Below the pieces are notes generated by a model that did no database searches, had not been told where the DNA came from, and saw nothing but the letters and a program-made list of their open reading frames with translations. DNA of 64,000 nt. Origin: a bacterium. GTDB lineage: Bacteria; UBA8248. The translations under genes and the position numbers were made by a program. This document shows, one piece after another, positions 54,495 through 62,124 of the stretch. Every line of letters begins with the position of its first letter. Within the stretch, counting starts at the first letter, position 1. Where the stretch lies: NCBI GenBank assembly GCA_965219955.1, contig OZ244799.1, positions 320,001-384,000 on the forward strand. Direction: 5' to 3'.

Positions 54495-55073
54495 ATGACA
54501 CCAAAGGAGACAAGACAAGTGGAACCACTCGATCCGCGTAAAGACAGCACCGTTCCCGGTGAGCGTGCCATCGACAAGCCCGAACTCCCCACGCAGGGCT
54601 ACGCTTTCACCATGTCCGCCGACACCGAAACGATAGAGGGCAAGGGCCAGCTCAAACTGGGGACGCACAGGCACTTCGAAGTGTATTGCGATGAGCCGCC
54701 CCGCATCGGCGGGGAAGATTCCTATCCCCAACCGCTTTGCTACATTGCCATGGGGGTGGGGTTCTGACTCCTCACCCAGCTTGCGCGGTACGCGCACATG
54801 ATGAAAGTGTCCTTCACGCACGCCAAGGTGCACGTGGATTTCGATTATTTCCTGCGGGGTTCCGTTCTCAAGGGAACGGTGAATGCCGGGTGCAACGAGG
54901 TCCGCACGCACTTCGAGGTGGAATCCGATGAGCCAGCGGAAAAAATACTGGCGGTCATCAAGAATGCGAAGCAGGGATGTTTCGCCGAGCAAATGGTGAC
55001 TGACGCCGTTCCTCTGAAAAGCACGATGAGCCTGAACGGCGAGTCGATCTCCATGAGCGGTATTACGGCGTAA
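54495..55073 (+). CDS. OsmC/Ohr-fold protein with in-frame UGA (probable selenocysteine, codon 91)
   Basis: ORFs 54495-54767 and 54798-55073 are in the same frame, separated only by TGA 54765-54767. Joined protein: DEPPRIGGEDSYPQPLCYIAMGVGF-U-LLTQ...KQGCFAE, matching the OsmC/Ohr layout with U at the first Cys. Confidence 0.8.
54768..54796 (+). promoter_or_regulatory. Candidate bacterial SECIS element
   Basis: Perfect hairpin TGCGCG-GTA-CGCGCA (54782-54796), G-led loop about 20 nt 3' of the UGA. Confidence 0.6.
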
Positions 55074-55177
55074 AGCGCCTTGCTCATGACATGAAACAGG
55101 TCATCACCGCCGGGGTTTCTCGTCGCCCGTCGCGTGAGCCGGTAGAGGAGCGCCTCGTCCCTTGAAAACAGGGGGAT

Positions 55178-56686
55178 TTACGCGGAGACCGCATTCGCCT
55201 CCGCGGCGCGCTGCCCCGCTGCGGTGCCCGCCAGCCGGCCATAGACGGAGCCCAGGGTCAGCCCGGCGCCTCCCGGGTAGTTGAAGTAGTAGACGCCGCC
55301 CACGAGTTCGCCCGCGGCGAAGAGCCCGGGGATGAGTTCGTTTTCCGTATTCATGACTTCCGCTTTCGGCGTTACGCGGATACCGCCGAAGGTGAACGTG
55401 ATGCCCGTGGTCACGGCGAAGCCGAGATAGGGCGGCTCATCGATGGGAAGCGCCCAGTTCGATTTCGGGGGGTCGATGCCCTGTGTGCATTTGCCGTCTT
55501 TGATCGCCGGGTTGTATTCGCCCGGCTGTATGGCGGCGTTGTATTCCTGAACGGTTTTGACGAATTCATCGACATCGATCTCGAGTTGTCCGGCAAGTTC
55601 TTCCAGCGTGTTGGCCTCGGCCTTGGTGACTTCACGGATGCGATATTCGTCGCGCAGCATGTGGACCGTTTTCTGGTCGAATATCTGAAAGGCGGCCCGC
55701 TGGGGCTGCTGGAGGATGTTCCGGCCATATTTGGCGTAGGTGTAGTTTCTGAAATCGGCTCCTTCATCCACGAAGCGCCTGCCCTCGATGTTCACGATGA
55801 TGCCGAACGGATAGGAGTGTTTCTGGTAGGACTCTCCTACCGTGAGGTCGCCGAAGGGCGGTGCGTTCAAGTCCCACGCGACGGCGTGGCAGCCGCTCCA
55901 GTTGCCGTAGGGCTGCGCTCCGATATCGAGCGCCATCTTGATGCCATCGCCCGTGTTGTAGGGGGTGCCGCGCACTTTAGCGAGTTCCCAGCCCGGACCC
56001 AGGTAGCGGCAGCGCATCTCGGCGTTCGCCTCGAAACCGCCCGACGCCAGAACGACTCCATGCGTCTCGATTTCATAAGGGCCGTCGGGGCCTTTGACTT
56101 CGACGCCCGTCACGCCGCCCATCGGGTCCGTGATGAGACGCATCGCCTTCGATGCATAGCGAATCTCGACCCCGGCGTTGTTTGCTGCATCGAGAAGGGA
56201 ATCGATGAGGCCGCGCCCGCCGCCCACGATCTCGAGAACCAGACCGCCCCAGAAGCGCATCTTGCCGTCGACCTTGAACGCCTGCCTGCCGCTTGCGAGG
56301 ATGAGCCGCAAGCCCTTCGACTGCATCCATTTCAGTGTCGGGAACGACTCGTGAATGAGGACGGAAGCCAGGTCGCCGTCTGTCTGGTATTCGGTCAGGA
56401 GGGCAAGATCGTCAAAGAATTTTTCCGATGTGTAGGGGTCGATCTCGATGTTTTCTTTCTCGGCGTCGGAAAGGTCGGGCACGAGCGAGTAGATGTCCTC
56501 GATGTTGTTGAAGGCGAAGCGAAAAAGACCGCCTGAAAAAGCCGAATTGCCGCCACGCCATGCCTCGGGCGCTTTTTCGAGCACCAATACCTTCGCCCCC
56601 TGGTCTCTCGCCGCAAGCGATGCGCAAAGGGCGGCGTTTCCGCAGCCCACGACGACGACATCGTATTTCTCCGTAGCATTCGGCAT
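55178..56686 (-). CDS. tcuA: FAD-dependent tricarballylate dehydrogenase TcuA-like flavoprotein
   Basis: VVVGCGNAALCA, RGGNS, GGFEAN, VRGTPYNTGDG, WSGCHA, ITFTFGG, YPGGAGL. Confidence 0.8.
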   Translation of the reverse strand: MPNATEKYDVVVVGCGNAALCASLAARDQGAKVLVLEKAPEAWRGGNSAFSGGLFRFAFNNIEDIYSLVPDLSDAEKENIEIDPYTSEKFFDDLALLTEYQTDGDLASVLIHESFPTLKWMQSKGLRLILASGRQAFKVDGKMRFWGGLVLEIVGGGRGLIDSLLDAANNAGVEIRYASKAMRLITDPMGGVTGVEVKGPDGPYEIETHGVVLASGGFEANAEMRCRYLGPGWELAKVRGTPYNTGDGIKMALDIGAQPYGNWSGCHAVAWDLNAPPFGDLTVGESYQKHSYPFGIIVNIEGRRFVDEGADFRNYTYAKYGRNILQQPQRAAFQIFDQKTVHMLRDEYRIREVTKAEANTLEELAGQLEIDVDEFVKTVQEYNAAIQPGEYNPAIKDGKCTQGIDPPKSNWALPIDEPPYLGFAVTTGITFTFGGIRVTPKAEVMNTENELIPGLFAAGELVGGVYYFNYPGGAGLTLGSVYGRLAGTAAGQRAAEANAVSA

Positions 56687-56965
56687 TTCTCAAAACCTCC
56701 TCGAAGCTTTCCGTAAAAAGCAAATCATGTTTGCGCGGATGTAGGGATGAGACCGTTTCCATGAGGGTTTTCCGTCACTCAAGGAGTCAGGAAAACTGGT
56801 TCTTAACTAACATATTGAAAGGGCAGGGTCAAAAACTCCCGGGATGAGACGGCTATTCACGGCATCGCGCTATCTCGATTCGCGCGGTTCCTGCCGTCAT
56901 CTGATTGGTTGACCATGCCGGTCGGCTCCCATAGAATTTTCTCCTCACCTTCATTAAGGAGAACC

Positions 56966-58282
56966 ATGGAAACTACGGCCTACCAGAGTTTCATGGAAGA
57001 GCGAATCTCCCATATCACCGAAGCCTGTACGCATTGCGGGAAATGTTACGAAGTCTGCCCGATGGTCGAGTATTCACAAGCCAAAGGTGCGGAGCCCGAA
57101 AGGGTGACGAAATCCGTTGTCGACATCATCAACGATCGTCCTCATGAGCCGGAAGGGGCGCTTTGGGCCAAGGCTTGCCAAAAAAGCGGAGTTTGCATCG
57201 AGGCCTGCCCGGAGGACGTCAACCCGCGCGAAATGCTCACCTACGCCAAGCTCAAGCTCCAGAACATCGAATCAGGGAAAGCGGACATCCAGGAGGCCGG
57301 GCGGTCTTATTTTCAGGACTTGAGCCGCAAGATTCGCTTCATGGCCGCACTCCAACTCGAGCCCGAGCTGTTCAGGAATCTCACCGCCGTCAGGGGCTCG
57401 GAGGCGAACACAGTGGACGCGGTGTTTTATTTTGGATGCAACATCCTCCAGACGCCTCACATCCTGCTCTCCTGCATCGATGTTTTTGACCGGCTCGGGC
57501 TGGACTATGAGGTCGCTGGCGGCGTGGGCCATTGCTGCGGCATCAAACACATCAGACGTGGTGATCTGGAAGCGGGAGCGGCGATGGGCGCGCGATCCCT
57601 GGATCATTTCAAGTCATACCGGCCGGAAAGGGTCATCACGTTTTGCCCCACTTGCCAGATGCAGTACTCCGAATATCAACACCTCTACACCGGGAAGCCG
57701 CTCCTCCCCATGGCGGGTGAGCAGAAATCGGGCGGGGAGGAAATCCTGCCGTTTGTCCACATCACGCAATACCTCGCGGATAATCTGGAGACTTTAAGGG
57801 GAGAATTCACGAAAAAGGTCGAGAAGCGAGTGGCCGTGCATCTACACGGCGGGACGGATGGCGTAGAAGAGAACGTCATAAAAATTCTCCGGGCGGTTCC
57901 CGGTCTTGAATTCGTCGAGATTGAACAGCTCTCCGATCATGCCTATCAGTGTCCCACGCTCGTCATCCCAGAGGCGAAAGAGGCGATGCGCGAGAAACTT
58001 TTCGATTCGGCGCGCCGCGCCCGGGTGGATTCGCTGCTCACCGTTTATCACAGTTGCCACCGTGAACTATGCGATCTGGAAAAGGGTGAGTCCTTTGAAA
58101 TCGAGAATTTCATGACGATTCTCGGCCAGGCCATGGGGTTCGAATATCCCGACTACACGAAGACGTACAAAATCTATGAGGATATCGACCGGGTCATTCA
58201 TGAGGCGGAGGACACGCTGCGCGCTTTTGGAGTGGCGCCCGAGAAGATGCGCGAGCAGCTTCAGGCGGCGCTCTACGGCTGA
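56966..58282 (+). CDS. Fe-S oxidoreductase (ferredoxin-like + CCG domains; GlpC/HdrD-like)
   Basis: CTHCGKCYEVCP, CQKSGVCIEACP, YFGCN...CCG...CPTC, degenerate second CCG domain; AAGGAG SD. Confidence 0.85.
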   Translation: METTAYQSFMEERISHITEACTHCGKCYEVCPMVEYSQAKGAEPERVTKSVVDIINDRPHEPEGALWAKACQKSGVCIEACPEDVNPREMLTYAKLKLQNIESGKADIQEAGRSYFQDLSRKIRFMAALQLEPELFRNLTAVRGSEANTVDAVFYFGCNILQTPHILLSCIDVFDRLGLDYEVAGGVGHCCGIKHIRRGDLEAGAAMGARSLDHFKSYRPERVITFCPTCQMQYSEYQHLYTGKPLLPMAGEQKSGGEEILPFVHITQYLADNLETLRGEFTKKVEKRVAVHLHGGTDGVEENVIKILRAVPGLEFVEIEQLSDHAYQCPTLVIPEAKEAMREKLFDSARRARVDSLLTVYHSCHRELCDLEKGESFEIENFMTILGQAMGFEYPDYTKTYKIYEDIDRVIHEAEDTLRAFGVAPEKMREQLQAALYG

Positions 58283-58322
58283 GAGCAGGGCATTTCAAGG
58301 TATTGAAAACGTGCGATTTCCC

Positions 58323-59009
58323 TTATTTCCGCACCAAAACGATATTGAAATTTCCCAACTCAAACGTTTTTCCCAGGGAAATTTTCCTGAGCGGGATGAT
58401 CAACGAGGGCCTCGCTCGTTCATGATCGCCCAGTCTCGGGTCGCCTTTGAAATATAACTGCGTCACCAGGGGCTGGTAATCGGGATGACGGATATAGAAA
58501 TGAATGTGTGACGGCCTCGCCCAGAAGCCGAGGCCGTATCGCCCCGGATGCACGGTTTCGAACTGGTACAGGCCGCGCCGCGAGGTGCGCATACGCGCCC
58601 TGTAGAGATAATTCTCCTTCTCGTCCATGCCGTGGTAGCTGCCGCTCGAATCCGCCTGCCATACGTCGATAGTCGCGCCCTCGAGCGTTTTCCGGGTGTC
58701 GTGTCCATAGACGCGGCCTCGGATGATCATCGGCGTGCCCGGTGCGTCCCGGGGCATCAGATAGCCGCGGAAAGGAGCCCCTTCCTTGTAATAGGGTCCC
58801 ATGGAGTCGGATGCCGTCGGTTTTCGCGCCTGGGGCGGGGCCACTTCCGGTTTTTCGCCTTGCGCGATCAGGAATTTCCCGAATTCCCCCAGCTCCCCGT
58901 AAGCGGGCGTGGGAGCGAGGGTTTCCCGAAGCGCGAAGGCGCCCGTGCCGAGCGCGGTCAGGCCGAGCAGGGAGTTTTTCAGCAATTCCCGTCTGTTCCA
59001 GTTTGTCAT
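58323..59009 (-). CDS. Intradiol ring-cleavage dioxygenase-like protein with Tat signal
   Basis: NRRELLK twin-arginine + hydrophobic segment; GPYY, DVWQAD..G.Y, PGRY, RPSHIH. Confidence 0.85.
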   Translation of the reverse strand: MTNWNRRELLKNSLLGLTALGTGAFALRETLAPTPAYGELGEFGKFLIAQGEKPEVAPPQARKPTASDSMGPYYKEGAPFRGYLMPRDAPGTPMIIRGRVYGHDTRKTLEGATIDVWQADSSGSYHGMDEKENYLYRARMRTSRRGLYQFETVHPGRYGLGFWARPSHIHFYIRHPDYQPLVTQLYFKGDPRLGDHERARPSLIIPLRKISLGKTFELGNFNIVLVRK

Positions 59010-59201
59010 GACGAAATCCCCGGCGGCGGGATAGGCTTCTCCGGCAAGACTACCACTTCATAGCGAGCCGATGCCAGTTCTTGAAATTCACCCGCCTCGC
59101 GTCCAGCAGACCATAAGTTCGACATCGCCGGAGGGTGAATGAAAACAATACCATGCCGACAAGACCGTCTCTGCGGATATATGTCGTCCGAAGTGAAGAA
59201 A

Positions 59202-59588
59202 TCAGCCGCGCTGGGCCATCTCGATGCTGATGTTGTCGGGCCCCTTGATGAAGGCGATCTTCACCCCCGGACGTATCTCCCATGGTTCGCAAATCCACTC
59301 GGCGCCCTTTTCGGTCAACTCTTTTTGCGCGTCGTCCATGTCGTCGACCAGGAGTCCGAAATGATCCAGCCCGTAGCGGGGTTCGGAGCCGGTCCGCACC
59401 GGGTCTTCTCCCTCCGCCCTGCCCGAGACGAGAAACACCATGCCGTTCAGGTCCATGTTGAACGACGGAGCGCCGCCCAGCTTTCTTTCTTCCACGACGG
59501 TGGCGCCGAACATGTCGATCCAGAAATCGCGTGCGGCGTGCGGGTCTTCGCTCCTGAAGTGAAGGTGGTCGTATGAGAATCTGGCCAT
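59202..59588 (-). CDS. VOC/glyoxalase family protein
   Basis: DHLHF...F..MFG; GLDHFGL.VDD; FIKGPDNISIE. Confidence 0.87.
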   Translation of the reverse strand: MARFSYDHLHFRSEDPHAARDFWIDMFGATVVEERKLGGAPSFNMDLNGMVFLVSGRAEGEDPVRTGSEPRYGLDHFGLLVDDMDDAQKELTEKGAEWICEPWEIRPGVKIAFIKGPDNISIEMAQRG

Positions 59589-59713
59589 GCGGGAATCCCC
59601 TCTCGATATGCGGTGAACCTCGGGTTTGATGACGTGTAAGGTTGTCTATCGGCTTGATGAGTCTTGGATTGTAAGGATTGCGGCCGGGAGTGGCAAGGGG
59701 CCTGAAGCCCGGT

Positions 59714-60355
59714 CTAGCCGGGTCCGCCTTCTTCTTCCTGTATGAGTTTTTCCGCCTCGGCCATCTCGTGGAAAAGCTGGCGGGTGGCCGAGAAATCCCT
59801 TTCCAGCTTGTCGAAAAGCTCTCTGATCTGCTCGGGCGTAATGACTTTCGAGAGTTGGCCGTGGACCGCCTGCCAGGCGAGCGTTCCGTGCTCTCCGCGC
59901 CGGAAATCAACCTCCTCGCTCGCCGTGATGGCGTCGTATCTCTCGTGTTCGTGTTCGAGAATATCCCGGAGGACGGGTTCGTAGTTCGGGTCGTTCGATT
60001 CAAGGTAGCGTTTGAGGTAGTGCCTGAACTCGGGTTCTTTTTCGACCGGTTGCGGGTCGGACATCTCGCGCAGGATTTGGCACGTAGCGGAGAAATCCCG
60101 CTCCAGGCGCTCGAAGAGCTGTTCGATGTGGAACGGGGTGAGAATGTCCGTAAGTTCCGTAAAAACAACGTGCCACATGTGGGGAAGCCGCTCTCCGCGA
60201 GTCGACTCCGCCCCCTCGCCGACGGTGCTCTCGTCATACACCTCGTGCTCGTGTTCGAGCAAATCCATGAGCACCGGCTCGTAGTTCGGGTCGGCCGAGT
60301 GGAGGTAGCGCATGAGATAGGGCTTGTATTTCCGCACCTTATGGCGTCTGGGCAT
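59714..60355 (-). CDS. Hypothetical protein of two tandem ~100-aa repeats
   Basis: Gap-free internal duplication (47/92 identical by hand count); AAGGA SD and TGATATAAT extended -10 upstream (60397-60405, minus strand). Confidence 0.8.
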   Translation of the reverse strand: MPRRHKVRKYKPYLMRYLHSADPNYEPVLMDLLEHEHEVYDESTVGEGAESTRGERLPHMWHVVFTELTDILTPFHIEQLFERLERDFSATCQILREMSDPQPVEKEPEFRHYLKRYLESNDPNYEPVLRDILEHEHERYDAITASEEVDFRRGEHGTLAWQAVHGQLSKVITPEQIRELFDKLERDFSATRQLFHEMAEAEKLIQEEEGGPG

Positions 60356-60557
60356 CGCGGATTCCTTTATGAAGAACTCCCGGATATGATGAAGCCATTA
60401 TATCACCAAACCGGGCCGCCTCGCTATGGCGTGTTTCCAGGCGATGGAATTTCATGTCCTAAGATATTGAATTATAACGAGATGCGTCTTATGAAAAAAA
60501 TGAAAGACAGTTGCTGCGACCTGGGCGCCGGCCTGCGCGGGGAGAGGACGAAAATCC

Positions 60558-60601
60558 CCTTTTTACCCCCCTGACAAGGGGGGTAGAGGGGGTTGCTCCT
60601 T
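60558..60601. repeat. REP-like palindrome type A (free copy)
   Basis: cctttttacccccc-tgacaa-ggggggtagagggggttgctcctt. Near-identical direct copy at 61230-61269; inverted, interrupted copy at 60943-61190. Confidence 0.8.
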
Positions 60602-60608
60602 GCAACTC

Positions 60609-60836
60609 CCCGCATTTGCCGTCATCGCAGGCGCAACGGTCCGTGGCAGTATTCCCCTGCGCCCGGATTCCGCGGCGTCATTCTCAAGAAAATAAATTGT
60701 CATCTATTTATCGAAAAACCCCGTGAATTTATCTGAATTTATCCAAATTTTCGGAAATTCCTTATCTTCGAGCGAAGCGATTGGCTCCGCCATGATACCC
60801 GCGTTCTCCCTTTCTCTCGTCCCCGCAAATGCGGGA
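60609..60836. repeat. Dispersed AT-rich non-coding repeat, copy 2, bracketed by cccgcatttgc / gcaaatgcggg
   Basis: Core 60727-60760 matches 4308-4341; 11-bp inverted repeats at 60609-60619 and 60825-60835. Confidence 0.55.
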
Positions 60837-60882
60837 AATTGCAGCGGCCGGCCCCGACCGGGAAGCGCCCTTGCCCCCTTGA

Positions 60883-61294
60883 GGGGATGTTGAAAAAAAA
60901 CCTGAAAGGGTAATCGTAATCCCCTTGAAAGGGAAACTTCATAAAGGCAACCCCCCTGCCCCCCTTGACGGGCCTGTTGAAAAAGCCTGGTCTGCCCCTC
61001 CGCAAACCGCCAACACCTCTTTCTTCACCTTCACCCTGAGTAGCCGCCGAAGGCGGCGTATCGAAGGGCGCGGAGAGTCGAACGCCTCGCGCCGGGTGAG
61101 GGGGCATCCTTCGATATGCGGCTCCGCCGCTACTCAGGATGAGGCGGAAGGGGGTTTTTCAACAGCCCCTTGACAGGGGGGTAAAAAAGGCGATGCGCTC
61201 TCGCCGGGCTGAGGGGGTTTTGCTTTTTCTTGCCCCCCTGACAAGAGGGGGGTAGGGGGGGTGCTCCTTTGGCAAAGGGTTTTTCAACAACCCC
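60883..61294. mobile_element. Outer MITE-like element (15-bp TIRs) carrying an inverted pair of type A palindromes
   Basis: Left GGGGATGTTGAAAAA (60883-60897), right TTTTTCAACAACCCC (61280-61294); 207 bp once the inner insert is removed; no clean TSD. Confidence 0.7.
60970..61169. mobile_element. Inner 200-bp MITE with 5-bp target-site duplication
   Basis: TIRs GGGCCTGTTGAAAAA / TTTTTCAACAGCCCC; TTGAC duplicated at 60965-60969 and 61170-61174; carries inverted palindrome pair 61031-61071 / 61104-61142. Confidence 0.85.
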
Positions 61295-61399
61295 CGTAAG
61301 AGACGGTTTGCAGACGTGCGACCCGCTGTCCCCGGCCGCCGCACCGCCTCCACCCCTTCCGCCGGATTCCCCGCCGCCGTTCCTTCGTCAAACCCGACC

Positions 61400-61507
61400 G
61401 ATGCGGATACGCCGCAACTGGGCGAATTGATCCGCGAGAGCATGGAAGAGGTCGGCTGGAGCGTTACCGAGATGTCGGCCCGCTTGGGCTGTGAGCGCGC
61501 CGCTTGA
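61400..61507 (+). pseudogene. Truncated HigA/XRE-type HTH antitoxin remnant
   Basis: PQLGELIRESMEEVGWSVTEMSARLGCER resembles the HigA N-terminus (P.hpGE.l....l...g.s..e.A..Lg) but stops before the recognition helix. Confidence 0.55.
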
Positions 61508-61553
61508 GTTGGGGTGATGAAAAACCGAAACGGCGGAGGCTGTGACGTCCCCC

Positions 61554-61886
61554 TCAGCCGTCCTGCGAGCCGGGCGCCCCTGACGTGCGGCGGATGAGTT
61601 CCCGGAGCGCCTCCATATTTTCCCGATGCTGTTCGCTGTGCGCCTCGCGCTGGGCGTTAATCGCCGCCATGGTCTCCCGGTGCTGCGCCATGTTTTCCCG
61701 GTGCTGGGCGTCGCGTTGCTTCGAGGCCTGTCGCATGATGTAGAGCCCGACTCCGATGAGGCTGCATTGCGCGGCCCCGACGAGGGCGGCGACCCACACG
61801 GAGGCTTGTTGCACGGCGAGTGAGGCCTGTTGCAGTGCGAGAATGTCTTGTTGCACGGCGAGGCTAGCGGCTTCGTATTCCGTCAT
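61554..61886 (-). CDS. Small hypothetical membrane-anchored coiled-coil protein with internal repeats
   Basis: GGAGAG SD; ASLAVQQ x2, one hydrophobic segment, QHRE(N/T)M x3. Confidence 0.65.
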   Translation of the reverse strand: MTEYEAASLAVQQDILALQQASLAVQQASVWVAALVGAAQCSLIGVGLYIMRQASKQRDAQHRENMAQHRETMAAINAQREAHSEQHRENMEALRELIRRTSGAPGSQDG

Positions 61887-62124
61887 TCGCTTCTCTCCAG
61901 TTTATCTCGTGGAGTAGCCCGTCCAGTCTCGCCCAGAACGGAGGACAAGTCAAAGCGATTCGCACCGGGAGGAGGGGAGTTTGTTCCGTCCATTCATCCA
62001 TCGCCGATTTGTTGTATGATGGCGAAGAGTTCATCACGGCTCCCCGCGTCGTTCGGGGCGGGCCGTGGTTCGAGTGTGGCCGTCTACGGCATTACCGGAA
62101 CAAATCATTACGGGAGAGAAAGCG

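Noticed and set aside
54754-54777. 8-bp hairpin placing the candidate Sec UGA in its loop
   Set aside because: It would be melted inside the ribosome when UGA is decoded; the downstream hairpin fits the SECIS position better.
54495-55073. Two independent small genes or a nonsense pseudogene
   Set aside because: The stop falls exactly at the expected Cys position, both halves are otherwise intact and in frame, and a SECIS-like hairpin follows. A pseudogene is not fully excluded.
59050-60574. 395-aa (59050-60237, minus) and 298-aa (59678-60574, plus) ORFs
   Set aside because: Alternative frames overlapping the VOC and two-repeat genes, which have better motifs and start signals.
60511-61443. 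Short ORFs in the repeat regions (also 63338-63989)
   Set aside because: Translations of palindromes and TIRs (FFNRP, FFNSP, LLKNP); no independent coding evidence.
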